This document shows, one piece after another, positions 1-9,483 of a stretch of DNA of 64,000 nt. Origin of the DNA: Desulfobulbaceae bacterium. Lineage in GTDB: Bacteria > Desulfobacterota > Desulfobulbia > Desulfobulbales > SURF-16. The notes below the pieces were generated by a model. The model made no database searches. It was not told where the DNA came from and was given only the letters and a program-made list of their open reading frames with translations. The DNA is taken from positions 7,037 through 71,036 of the forward strand of contig JALNXE010000003.1 in the NCBI GenBank assembly GCA_023230525.1, read 5' to 3'. The stretch's first letter is position 1. Every line of letters begins with the position of its first letter. Both the position numbers and the translations under genes were made by a program.

Positions 1-83
1 TTGGAACAGGTGCCCTGAAACATGAGGGCCGGGGTGGGAACCTTGGTGGTTCTGGTGAAGAGGTCGGCAAGTGACAGGGGCAT
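1..83 (-). CDS. 5' end of a gene running off the left edge; N-terminus resembles cobyric acid synthase (CobQ/CbiP)
   Basis: The minus-strand ATG at 83-81 gives MPLSLADLFTRTTKVPTPALMFQGTCSN. 'ALMFQGT.S' resembles the conserved N-terminal strand of CobQ that precedes its GKS loop. Only 28 codons are visible. Confidence 0.3.
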   Translation of the reverse strand, partial: MPLSLADLFTRTTKVPTPALMFQGTCS

Positions 84-409
84 GTGTTTTGGAGGGCAGG
101 AATTTCTTTTTATCTTTTTGACAGGGCAGGGACCATGTCGCTGCCTTTGCCGGCCAATGAGGGCATCATTTATTCCCCGAAAACAATAATCATGCAAAAG
201 AAAATTTGCTTTTCCGCAAAAAAATCATGCAGCTCTTCTGTATATGTGCGGCATGAATATGTTGGGAAGGCGGAATGCCTATTATTTAAATGAAGTGAAA
301 GAGATTGAAAAGGGCTGCGGCGCCAAATTTTGAGGTAAAAAATTGATTTTCCATTTTTTTCTGTGATATCCTTGGTGGTCGATCAAAATTTAATGAATTC
401 CAGGAGGAT

Positions 410-2545
410 ATGTTGATGCAGTGGAAGGATCTCTCGCTTGCTCTCAAACTTGGCGTGGCGTTCGGACTCATTTTAATCATGACCGCGGTTATCGGCCTGG
501 TTTCCTATGCCGGTATCAAGAATATCGTCTTTAACGCCCATGAGGTTATTGAGGGCAACAGCATGCGGGCCGATATTGCTGCGGCTGAAATCGCCCATCT
601 CAACTGGATGAAAAAAGTCAGTTCCTTTTTGACGGAAAACAGCAAGCAGGAGCTGGATGTGCAGGTTGACGATCACCAGTGCGCCTTTGGCCAATGGCTG
701 TATGGGGGGCAGCGCAAGGAAGCTGAACAAAGGATTCCCTCCATCGCCCCGTATCTGCAGGCAATTGAAAAGGTTCATTACGATCTGCATACCTCAGCCG
801 CGGACATAAAAAAGAATTTTCACCTTGCCGATCCCAACCTGCCGTCGGTTCTGGCTGAGTTGGAGATCGATCATCTGCGTTTTATCGATAAGATTAATGA
901 TGTGTTTAACGGCGTTGCCACGGATTTTGACGTTGAGACGGATCCCCATAAATGCAGGCTCGGCGCCTGGCTTTACGGCGATGGCGCCCGCAATGCCATC
1001 GCCATTGAACCGGAACTTGATCCTGCCATCAAAAGCCTTATCTCGCCCCATGAAAAACTCCACCAGTCGGTGTTGGATCTCAAAAAATACTGGCAGGCCA
1101 ATGACAAGGCCCGCAGCCGCGAGATATTAACCACCGTCACCCTGCCCGCCCTGCATGAAATTGAGCATATTCTCGGCAGCATCCGGGGCGAAGCCGTTAA
1201 AGACCTTGGCGGCATGAAAACAGCCAACGATATATATGTGCAACGCACCCTGCCGGCCCTGGCCCAGGTGCAGGAGACCCTGGCCAAGGTCAAGAATGAG
1301 GTGGACGCCAATATGATGACGGATGCGATCATGCTGGACAGCGCCACCAGGGCCAAGCGCAATGTCTTGCTTAGCGCCCTGATAACGATCTGTGCCGGTA
1401 TTGTGCTTTCCGTTCTCATCGCCAGAAAGATTGCCGGCCCCTTGGTCATGGGGGTTGATTTTGCCGGAAAAATCGCCAACGGCGATCTGCGGGAGAAGCT
1501 GGCAATCGAGCAAAACGACGAGGTCGGTAAACTGGCCCAGGCGCTGAACGGCATGGTTGCCAACCTGCGGTTGATTATGGGCAGTATTGCCGAAAAAAGC
1601 AGCCAGGTGACCGCCTCCTCGCAAGAACTCTTTACCGCTTCCGAAGAAATGTCCGGGGCCGCGGAGAAAACAAAGGACGAGACCACGGCAACGGCTAGGG
1701 CCACGGAGGAGATCACCGCCAATATCCAGGCGGTTTCCGATACGGCGGTTATGATGAGTGACAAAACCCAGGAAATATCCGCTGCGGCCGGCGAGATGTC
1801 GGCCAACGTCAATAACGTGGCCGCGGCCATTGAGGAGATGTCCACTTCGATAAAAGAGGTGGCGGAGAACTGCACCAAGGCCCAGACCTTTTCCGCCAAC
1901 GGCAAGGACAAAAGTGATGCGTCCAAGGTATTGATTGCCGAGCTTGATCAGGCGGCGCGGGATATCGGCAATGTGGTTAATGTTATTACCGAGATAACCG
2001 AGCAGACCAAGCTGCTTGCCCTGAACGCCACCATTGAGGCGGCCCGGGCCGGGGAGGCGGGTAAAGGTTTTGCCGTGGTGGCCAACGAGGTGAAGGATCT
2101 GGCCAAGCAGACGGCCGAGGCCGCGGAAAATATCGCCAGGCAGATTCAGGACATGCAGTCAAGGACCAGGTCGGTGGTTGATGTCATTGAGGAGGTTTCC
2201 CATATCAATGAGGATATCAACGAGATCAATACCACCATTGCCGCAGCGGTTGAAGAGCAGACCGCCACGGTGGGCGAGATCGCCCGCACCATTGCCGGCA
2301 CCGCCCTGGGCGTTGACGGCGTTTCCGGCAATATCCGGCAGCTTTCCATCAATATTGAGCAGGAGATCATTGGCAGAATCAAGGGGGCGGCCGCCGGTGC
2401 CGGAGAAATCTCAGGGAATGTCAACGGCATTAAAAAGGTATGCGGGGCAGGGGCTCAGAATGCGGCGGTCATCAAGAGCGCGGCCGGTGAATTGTCAGCT
2501 TTTGCCACCGAACTGCAGGGTCAGGTGGATAAATTCCGCCTGTAG
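410..2545 (+). CDS. Methyl-accepting chemotaxis protein with two tandem CZB-type motifs between TM1 and TM2, a HAMP domain and an MCP signalling domain
   Basis: RBS CAGGAGGA lies before the ATG. TM1 is about aa 13-35 and TM2 about aa 319-338. The HAMP region includes DEVGKLAQALNGMVANL. The signalling hairpin is QTKLLALNATIEAARAGEAGKGFAVVANEVKDLA. Confidence 0.9.
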   Translation: MLMQWKDLSLALKLGVAFGLILIMTAVIGLVSYAGIKNIVFNAHEVIEGNSMRADIAAAEIAHLNWMKKVSSFLTENSKQELDVQVDDHQCAFGQWLYGGQRKEAEQRIPSIAPYLQAIEKVHYDLHTSAADIKKNFHLADPNLPSVLAELEIDHLRFIDKINDVFNGVATDFDVETDPHKCRLGAWLYGDGARNAIAIEPELDPAIKSLISPHEKLHQSVLDLKKYWQANDKARSREILTTVTLPALHEIEHILGSIRGEAVKDLGGMKTANDIYVQRTLPALAQVQETLAKVKNEVDANMMTDAIMLDSATRAKRNVLLSALITICAGIVLSVLIARKIAGPLVMGVDFAGKIANGDLREKLAIEQNDEVGKLAQALNGMVANLRLIMGSIAEKSSQVTASSQELFTASEEMSGAAEKTKDETTATARATEEITANIQAVSDTAVMMSDKTQEISAAAGEMSANVNNVAAAIEEMSTSIKEVAENCTKAQTFSANGKDKSDASKVLIAELDQAARDIGNVVNVITEITEQTKLLALNATIEAARAGEAGKGFAVVANEVKDLAKQTAEAAENIARQIQDMQSRTRSVVDVIEEVSHINEDINEINTTIAAAVEEQTATVGEIARTIAGTALGVDGVSGNIRQLSINIEQEIIGRIKGAAAGAGEISGNVNGIKKVCGAGAQNAAVIKSAAGELSAFATELQGQVDKFRL

Positions 2546-2583
2546 CAGGGAAACAATGGCGGAGGAACCTCGGCGCGGCAGTA

Positions 2584-2605
2584 GGGGCGGGTTTTATGCC
2601 CGCCC
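2584..2605. terminator. GC-rich hairpin between the convergent MCP and rsmG genes
   Basis: GGGGCGGG-TTTTATG-CCCGCCC sits between the two stop codons and is followed by TT. Confidence 0.5.
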
Positions 2606-2606
2606 T

Positions 2607-3269
2607 TCACTCCCTGATCTTACAGAAGATCACCAGGTTTCGCAGTGCCAGGCTGAAAGGCAGGGTTAGGGTAACAATGTTCCGCAGGGTGTATGGGCTG
2701 GCGGGTTGATCGCGCTGCCACTGGCTGATCTCCTCGTCCGCCTTGGGGCCCTTCATGCAGAGCACGGTGCCGCCCAGCGGGCTGAACGGCGCGGCAAGCG
2801 CCAGGAAGTCGCTGATGTTCGCCACGGCCCTGCTGGTTATGACGGGAAAGGTTGGCAGCTGACCCACCAGGGTGGGTTCAAGGCGCTTTTCAATTATTGT
2901 GACGTTTACAAGCTGCAGGCTGCGGACAATATGCCTTAGAAAGGTCACCCTCTTGGCCCGGGGCTCAACCAGGGTCAGAACCAGTTCGGGACAGGCGGCT
3001 TTCAGCACCAGGCCGGGGAAACCGGCGCCGGTGCCCACATCGAGAAGTTCAGGCCTGCCTGCACAATCTAACTGCGGCAGCAGGGTGAGCGAGTCCAGGA
3101 AATGGCTTTCAACCATTTCCTGCTCAGGGGCCTGGGAGACGAGATTCATCCTGCGGTTCCATTTGACCAGTTCCGTGTAGTAGCAAACTAATCTGTCGAT
3201 GCTCTCTTTATGGCTGAAGGTTATGCCCAGCTCTTGACAGCCCCGCTCCATGATCTCCCGGCAGGCCAT
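2607..3269 (-). CDS. rsmG: 16S rRNA (guanine527-N7)-methyltransferase RsmG
   Basis: SAM-binding motif LLDVGTGAGFPGLVLK; GidB-like length. The ATG at 3269 lies 7 nt after the hisD stop. The ORF track extends to a TTG at 3293. Confidence 0.8.
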   Translation of the reverse strand: MACREIMERGCQELGITFSHKESIDRLVCYYTELVKWNRRMNLVSQAPEQEMVESHFLDSLTLLPQLDCAGRPELLDVGTGAGFPGLVLKAACPELVLTLVEPRAKRVTFLRHIVRSLQLVNVTIIEKRLEPTLVGQLPTFPVITSRAVANISDFLALAAPFSPLGGTVLCMKGPKADEEISQWQRDQPASPYTLRNIVTLTLPFSLALRNLVIFCKIRE

Positions 3270-3276
3270 GATCAAA

Positions 3277-4590
3277 TCACTTTTCCTCTGCAAGTCTTAC
3301 CGCCACCGAGCGGGCATGGGCGGTCAGCCCTTCAAGATTGGCCAGGTTCTGGATGTGCTCGGCATCCGCCAGAAAGGCCCGGCGGGAGCAGGAGATCAGG
3401 CTGCTTTTCTTGAGAAAGGTTTCCACGCCAAGGGCTGAGGAAATGCGGGCGGTGCCCATGGTGGGCAAGACATGGTTCGGTCCGGCAACATAGTCGCCGC
3501 ATGCCTCGGGGGAATAATTGCCGAGGAAAATCGCTCCGGCATGCTGGATGCTGGGCAGCCAGCTGAAGGGGTCCGTCACCATGAGCTCCAGGTGCTCGAT
3601 GGCAATATCATTGGCAATGTTCATGGCCTCGTCAAGGCTGTCGCAGATCAGAATCGTGCCGCGATCGGCCAGGGACTTGCGGGCAATGTCCTCGCGGCTC
3701 AGCAGTTTCAGCTGTTTTTCCAGCTCCACTACGGTGGCCTCGGCAATGTCCTGGCTGGTGGTGACCAGAATGGCCAGGGCCTGGGGGTCATGCTCGGCCT
3801 GGGCCAGGAGGTCGGCGGCAATGAAGGACGGTTTGGCCGAGGTGTCGGCCACGATGAGCACCTCGCTGGGTCCGGCGATCATGTCGATCCCCACCCGGCC
3901 GGCCACCTGGCGCTTGGCCTCGGTGACATACTGGTTGCCCGGTCCGACAATGACATCCACCGCCGGAATGGTCTCCGTGCCGTAAGCCAGGGCCCCAATG
4001 GCCCAGGCGCTGCCGGTCTTAAAAATCTGCCGGATGCCTATTTCCTGGGCCGCCACCAGCAGGGCGGGATGCACCATACCCTGGGCGTTGGGCGGGGTGA
4101 CCATGATCCGGTGTTTAACCCCGGCAATGGCCGCCGGGATGCCGTTCATCAGCACCGATGAGACCAGCGGGGTCTTGCCGCCCTGGCCGCCGGGGACGTA
4201 AAGTCCGGCATAGGAAACCGGGCGCACCAGTCTGCCGGTGATGGAGCCGTCTTCCCGGGTAAGAATCCAGGACTGCTCCATCTCCCGCTCATGAAAGGCC
4301 CAGATGCGCTCTTTGGCCAGCTGCAGGCTCTGCATCAGTTTTTCGTCGAACCGGGAGTAGGCCTCCCGCAGTTCAGCCTCCGATACCCGGAGCTGGTCCA
4401 GGGTCATCTGCGGGGCGTCATATTTACGGGTGTATTCGAGCAGGGCCTCATTGCCGCGCTCCCGGATGGCCTGCAGAATGGCGCTGACCGTCTCGCGGCA
4501 GGAGGAATCAGCCAGCTGGAAGCGGTAGGCAAGCTTGGACAAATTGCTTTTTCCCTGGGCGGACTGGGTGGTGTGGGGGGTAATAATCAT
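3277..4590 (-). CDS. hisD: Histidinol dehydrogenase
   Basis: 437 aa. Contains AQAEHDPQA, IAIEHLELM and GDYVAGPNHVLPT, which are typical HisD segments. Confidence 0.9.
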   Translation of the reverse strand: MIITPHTTQSAQGKSNLSKLAYRFQLADSSCRETVSAILQAIRERGNEALLEYTRKYDAPQMTLDQLRVSEAELREAYSRFDEKLMQSLQLAKERIWAFHEREMEQSWILTREDGSITGRLVRPVSYAGLYVPGGQGGKTPLVSSVLMNGIPAAIAGVKHRIMVTPPNAQGMVHPALLVAAQEIGIRQIFKTGSAWAIGALAYGTETIPAVDVIVGPGNQYVTEAKRQVAGRVGIDMIAGPSEVLIVADTSAKPSFIAADLLAQAEHDPQALAILVTTSQDIAEATVVELEKQLKLLSREDIARKSLADRGTILICDSLDEAMNIANDIAIEHLELMVTDPFSWLPSIQHAGAIFLGNYSPEACGDYVAGPNHVLPTMGTARISSALGVETFLKKSSLISCSRRAFLADAEHIQNLANLEGLTAHARSVAVRLAEEK

Positions 4591-6323
4591 TTGGCTACCT
4601 CATCTTCATTAAAAACCGGGCATCTCGTGGCCGGAGCGTAGTTTTTATAGGCGGGATCGGAGTAATTCTTGTGACACTCCAGGCAGAGACCGACGCGCAG
4701 AATGCGGGCCAGTTCGTCTTTGTTGAACGGCCGGACTTCCGGCCGGGAACTTTTTTGCAGGGCCACCCCGTCAATGGTGACATAGCCGTCCAGGGGCGGG
4801 GTCTGGCCGGCTTCCGTGGCAAGTCCCTGATCCGTGCCGGTAAAGTGCCAGGTGCCGTCTGCTTTCCAGGCCGTGCCCTCACCCAGGCCGAGCACCTTGG
4901 TGGAGGTGTGGCAGTCCACGCATTCCCTGCCCCTGGCCTGGGTGGTATGGGGGTTGATGGCCGCCATGGTAAGGCTGTTGAACTGCCGGTCCGGCTTGCC
5001 TGCCTTGTTGACCAGGGTGACAATATCCTGGCAGCCGGGGGTGACGATGATCACCTTGTCGTTCCACATGGCCAGCATCGGCCTTTCATAGCGGAGATAG
5101 GAGCGGCCCTCGTTCCACCAGCCCGGCGTCTCCTCCAGGGTCAGCTTGTCCAGATGGGTTTGGGTCATGTCCCGTTTGACATGGCAGCCGTAGCATTGGG
5201 GCACCCAGCCGGAGTGGCAGGCCTCGCAGCCCACCCGTTTATGGCCGGCAAAGTCGCAGACCCCTGCTTTGGGCGGTCTTACGGGATGTTTTTTGCCGTT
5301 GATCTTGTTGCTGATAAACCAGGCCTCTCCTTCACTTAGCATATTGTTCAGTTTTTCATTTTTACGGGTCGTACCCGGCACCTGTCCGGCCTGCTGCTGG
5401 CTGGCGCCGACATGGCAGGTGCCGCAGCTGATTTCCAGCTGCTGCTCATAGTGGGCATAGTTGGTGCCGTCGCCCATAATCTCGTTTCTGGTATGGCAGT
5501 CAATGCAGGACATGCCCTGTTGATAATGGATGTCAGCCGGAAGGTTGAGATAATAGCGGTCACCCGGCAGCCTTTTTTCCGACATCTCGCCCTTTTTGTA
5601 GGGAGTGCCGTAGTTTTCCGATTCATAAACCCCGGTATAGGATATGCCGATCCTGCCGCTGCGGTTATGGCAGCGGACACAGTTGTTCAGCGGTATCTTT
5701 TTGATGATCAGCGGGTGAACTTTTTTGGCCGCTTCAACCGAAAGCTTGTCGTCCTTGACGAAGTGGCAGGCCGTGCAGCCGCCGCCTTTCTCCCCGAAAA
5801 AACCGGGCAGATCCCCTTTTTGCTTCCACAGATGACAGGTGCCGCACAGTTTACGGTAATAGTCCAGGGCCAGGGAACTCTCACCGCTTTCCAGCAGTTT
5901 TTCCACTGAATAGTCGCCGTTCTGGTCCGGGGCCTCGCCCCAGTAATAGAGCAGGGTGGCCAGAATGCCGCGGTTGGTGGCCATCAGGGAATTCTTGACC
6001 TTTTTCACGTCAGCGGCATGGCAGCCCTCGATACCGCAGGTTTTTTCCACCACCCGCAGATCTCCCGGGTTTTTGATGATGCCCTTGTGGGCCTTTTGCT
6101 TGTCAATGGCCAGGAAATCGCCCAGATGACAGGGTGAGCAGCCCACCACCAGCCGGTCATGGGCCGCGTCGAGTTTTTCGGTCTTGTGGCAGCTCAGGCA
6201 CATTTCCACCTGGCCGGAGGTGGTCTGGTACAGCCGGTCCGGACGATGGGTCATGTTTTCCCGGATAACCAGCAAGAGAACGCAGAGCAGAATAAAAAAC
6301 AGGACCAGGCGGGACGAAGACAT
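4587..6323 (-). CDS. Membrane-anchored multihaem c-type cytochrome (11 CxxCH plus 1 CxxxxCH)
   Basis: Haem motifs: CLSCH, CSPCH, CGIEGCH, CGTCH, CTACH, CVRCH, CIDCH, CGTCH, CEACH, CYGCH, CVDCH, CLECH. N-terminal hydrophobic anchor LVLFFILLCVLLLVI. The ATG at 6323 has RBS AAGGAA. The track ORF extends to a TTG at 6347. Confidence 0.85.
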   Translation of the reverse strand: MSSSRLVLFFILLCVLLLVIRENMTHRPDRLYQTTSGQVEMCLSCHKTEKLDAAHDRLVVGCSPCHLGDFLAIDKQKAHKGIIKNPGDLRVVEKTCGIEGCHAADVKKVKNSLMATNRGILATLLYYWGEAPDQNGDYSVEKLLESGESSLALDYYRKLCGTCHLWKQKGDLPGFFGEKGGGCTACHFVKDDKLSVEAAKKVHPLIIKKIPLNNCVRCHNRSGRIGISYTGVYESENYGTPYKKGEMSEKRLPGDRYYLNLPADIHYQQGMSCIDCHTRNEIMGDGTNYAHYEQQLEISCGTCHVGASQQQAGQVPGTTRKNEKLNNMLSEGEAWFISNKINGKKHPVRPPKAGVCDFAGHKRVGCEACHSGWVPQCYGCHVKRDMTQTHLDKLTLEETPGWWNEGRSYLRYERPMLAMWNDKVIIVTPGCQDIVTLVNKAGKPDRQFNSLTMAAINPHTTQARGRECVDCHTSTKVLGLGEGTAWKADGTWHFTGTDQGLATEAGQTPPLDGYVTIDGVALQKSSRPEVRPFNKDELARILRVGLCLECHKNYSDPAYKNYAPATRCPVFNEDEVAK

Positions 6324-6324
6324 C

Positions 6325-7962
6325 TTATTCCTTGAAGAATTGGGCAATGGGATAGCGGCGGCCGAAGCCGAAGGCCTTGGAGGTGACTTTCAGTCCCATG
6401 GCCGCCTGCTGCCGCTTGTATTCATTGCGCTTGATGCGGCGGATGATATCTTCCACAATATCTCTGGCAAAGCCACGGCCGACGATGTCCGCGATGGAAA
6501 GGTGCTCCTCAAGATAGGCGCTGAGAATGGGATCAAGCATCTCGTAGGGTGGCAGGTCATCCTGATCTTTCTGGTTGGGGGCCAGCTCGGCCGTGGGGGC
6601 ACGGCTTATGGTGCGGGGCGGGATGATTTCCTGCTGCCGGTTGACAAAACGGGCCAGGGCATAGACCATCTGCTTGGGCACATCGGACAGCAGGGAAAGC
6701 GCCCCCGCCATATCGCCGTACAGGGTGCAGTAGCCCACCGCCATTTCCGACTTGTTGCCGGTGGAAAGAAGAAGGGCATTGAACTTGTTGGCCAGGGCCA
6801 TGAGCAGGGTGCCGCGGATACGGGCCTGGATGTTCTGCTCGGTCACGTCCTCCCGCAGGCCGGCGAACAGGGGAGAGAGCGTCTGGCGGAAGGAGGCAAA
6901 GGTCTCTGAAATTTCGATGATCTCAAAACGGATGCCAAGGTTTGCGGCAAGCGCCCTGGCATCATCAATACTCTCCTGGGAGGTGTAGGGAGAGGGCAGG
7001 GCCACGCCGGTAACGTTTTCCGGGCCCAGCGCCTCGCAGGCAATGGCGCAGGTCAGGGCCGAATCGATGCCGCCGCTTAATCCCAGCAGCACCTTGGCGA
7101 AACCGCATTTGCGGATGTAGTCCCGGCAGCCCATGGCCAGGGCCTGGAAAACCAGGGCGGTTTCCTCACTTTCCCCGGAGTTGCGGGCAGCATGAAGCTG
7201 CTCCGTGTCCATGATCAGCATGTCCTCGCAGAACGACTTGGCCTGGTGGCAGAGAGCGCCGTCAGTGCCCAGCACCATGCTGGCTCCGTCAAAAAGAATG
7301 GAATCCTGACCGCCGACCTGATTGACATAGGCCAGGGGGATATGATATTTGCGGCAGAGCTGGGAGAAAATGGTCCGCCGCAGCTGCTGTTTGCCGATGG
7401 TGAAAGGGGAGGCGGCAATATTGATGAGCAGATCAATGCCCGCCTGCGTCAGGTCGGCCACCGGATTGGCCTGATAAAGCGGGTGAGGAAAGCTGTCCTC
7501 GTCGTTAAAGATATCTTCGCAGATGGTGATGCCCAGGCGGATCCCCTGGTAAGTAAAGGCGCTGCTGGCCTGGCCCGGTTCAAAATAGCGGGACTCGTCA
7601 AAAACATCATAGGTGGGCAGGAGCCGTTTGTGGGCGCTGAAAAGAATCTTGCCGCCCTCAAAGAGCAGGGCGCTGTTATGCAGGGGTTTGCCCGTGCTGC
7701 CGCTGTGGCGGGTGATGGCCCCGCAGAGCACACCGATGCCCTGGGCTTCGGCAACAAGTCTGGCAATGGCGGCTTGCTGCTGGTTCAGGAAGGCCTCGTG
7801 CTCCAGGTAATCCTGCGGCGGGTAGCCGCTGATGGCCAGCTCCGGAAATACGGCAAGCTGGCAACCGGCGTTTCTTGCTATCGCGATCTGCCGGGCAATA
7901 TGCGCGATATTGCCGGTAAAGTCACCGATCACCGGGTTTATTTGTGTCAGGGCGAGTTTCAT
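6325..7962 (-). CDS. nadE: Glutamine-dependent NAD+ synthetase (CN-hydrolase domain plus NAD synthetase domain)
   Basis: 545 aa. N-terminal nitrilase-like domain (FPELAISGYPP, ICEDIF). PP-loop motif GLSGGIDSAL. Confidence 0.9.
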   Translation of the reverse strand: MKLALTQINPVIGDFTGNIAHIARQIAIARNAGCQLAVFPELAISGYPPQDYLEHEAFLNQQQAAIARLVAEAQGIGVLCGAITRHSGSTGKPLHNSALLFEGGKILFSAHKRLLPTYDVFDESRYFEPGQASSAFTYQGIRLGITICEDIFNDEDSFPHPLYQANPVADLTQAGIDLLINIAASPFTIGKQQLRRTIFSQLCRKYHIPLAYVNQVGGQDSILFDGASMVLGTDGALCHQAKSFCEDMLIMDTEQLHAARNSGESEETALVFQALAMGCRDYIRKCGFAKVLLGLSGGIDSALTCAIACEALGPENVTGVALPSPYTSQESIDDARALAANLGIRFEIIEISETFASFRQTLSPLFAGLREDVTEQNIQARIRGTLLMALANKFNALLLSTGNKSEMAVGYCTLYGDMAGALSLLSDVPKQMVYALARFVNRQQEIIPPRTISRAPTAELAPNQKDQDDLPPYEMLDPILSAYLEEHLSIADIVGRGFARDIVEDIIRRIKRNEYKRQQAAMGLKVTSKAFGFGRRYPIAQFFKE

Positions 7963-8110
7963 GATTGTTGCTATTTATAGCATAATAAAATAGCTCATGC
8001 CGCATCATTTTTTGGGCAAGTTTTGCTTGCGGTATCAGCATGTTTCATACTAATCTTGTTTGCACCGGTTATTTCCCTGCAATCCTGAGTCAAAACGAGG
8101 CCTTCTTTAC

Positions 8111-9430
8111 ATGCGCAAATATTTTGTCCTTGATACAAACGTCTTACTGCACAATGCTGATTCCATCAGCTCTTTTTCCGACAATTATGTGGTGCTGCCC
8201 ATGTCGGTTATCGAGGAACTTGACAAGTTCAAATCCCGCAGCGATGAACTTGGCCGCAATGCCCGCAAGGTTATCAGGGATCTCGATCATCTCCGCAGTC
8301 GCGGCCGGCTGGCGGAAGGGGTGGAGATGGAAAACGGCGGCATATTGAAAATTTTCACGGAAGGAGATGATATCGTCTGTCCCGGACTGAATATGAAGGT
8401 GCCGGACAACCGGATTCTCGCGGTCGCCTATACCCTGTTTAAACAAGGCGAAAAAGTCATTTTCGTCTCCAAAGATATCAACGCCCGGCTGAAAGCGGAT
8501 GCCCTGGGCCTCGGCGTCATGGATTTTGAGAAGCAGAAGGTTAATTTTGATGAGCTTTTTTCCGGCTACCGGGAGCAGCTGGTGCCGGGCAATGTTATTG
8601 ATATCCTGTACGAAAAAAAGGAGGTTGAGGCCGACGGCCTGGAGCTGCTTCCCAATGAATTCGTGCTGCTCCAGGATGAAGCGGATCCCAAGCACAGCGC
8701 CCTGGCCCGGGCGATCAGCGAGAAAAAACTGGTAAGACTTAATCCCCAGTATGATTCCGCCTGGCAGATTCGCTCCCGCAGCAAGGAGCAGCGGATGTGT
8801 CTGGAACTTTTGCTCGATCCGAGTGTCCAACTTGTAACCCTGGTGGGCCAGGCGGGCACCGGCAAGACGCTGCTGGCGCTGGCCGCGGCTCTTGAAGAGG
8901 TGCTGATTAATAAGCGTTACGAGAAGATACTGGTTTCCCGGCCGATCATACCCCTTGGCAAGGACCTGGGCTATATGCCCGGCGATAAGGATGAAAAACT
9001 GTCACACTGGATGCAGCCTATTTTTGATAACCTTACCTTTCTCATGGCCAGCGGGCATTCCCCGAAAAATCGTCAGGATGACGAAACCGTGCGCAATAAG
9101 GTCGAAAAACTGCTGAAGGATCATGTGGTGGAACTGGAGGCCCTCACCTATATCAGGGGCCGCTCCATCTCCGGCCAGTTCGTCATCGTCGACGAGGCCC
9201 AGAATCTGACCCCGCATGAGGTCAAGACCATCATCAGCAGGGCCGGCGAGGGAACAAAAATGGTGCTGACCGGGGATCCCTACCAGATCGACAACCCCTA
9301 CCTTGACTCCAGCAGTAACGGCCTGACCTATACGGTGGAGCGGCTGAAAACATTGCCGATCCACGGCCACATCACCCTGAAGAAAAGCGAACGGAGCCAG
9401 CTGTCAGGTGTGGCGGCGGATTATCTGTAA
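8111..9430 (+). CDS. PIN-domain plus PhoH-like ATPase (PhoH2/YlaK family)
   Basis: N-terminal PIN segment ([10 protein letters not shown]). Walker A motif GQAGTGKT; Walker B motif VIVDEAQN. Start chosen at the ATG at 8111 ([10 protein letters not shown]). Confidence 0.85.
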   Translation: MRKYFVLDTNVLLHNADSISSFSDNYVVLPMSVIEELDKFKSRSDELGRNARKVIRDLDHLRSRGRLAEGVEMENGGILKIFTEGDDIVCPGLNMKVPDNRILAVAYTLFKQGEKVIFVSKDINARLKADALGLGVMDFEKQKVNFDELFSGYREQLVPGNVIDILYEKKEVEADGLELLPNEFVLLQDEADPKHSALARAISEKKLVRLNPQYDSAWQIRSRSKEQRMCLELLLDPSVQLVTLVGQAGTGKTLLALAAALEEVLINKRYEKILVSRPIIPLGKDLGYMPGDKDEKLSHWMQPIFDNLTFLMASGHSPKNRQDDETVRNKVEKLLKDHVVELEALTYIRGRSISGQFVIVDEAQNLTPHEVKTIISRAGEGTKMVLTGDPYQIDNPYLDSSSNGLTYTVERLKTLPIHGHITLKKSERSQLSGVAADYL

Positions 9431-9483
9431 GCGGGCAGTTATCAGCTGTTCTCCTCAGCGAACATGCAAAGGACCAGAAACAT

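Noticed and set aside
84-293. 69-aa plus-strand ORF in the region upstream of the MCP.
   Set aside because: It has no RBS and an implausible composition, and it lies in what is more likely the divergent promoter/leader region between the left-edge gene and the MCP.
84-400. Possible cobalamin riboswitch upstream of the putative cobQ fragment. GGGAAGGC is seen on the plus strand, and a loose B12-box-like ATGGTCCCTGCC on the minus strand.
   Set aside because: The two partial motifs are on opposite strands. The conserved GGTG..AA.TCC and GCCACTG elements are absent. The isolated 8-mers are within chance expectation.
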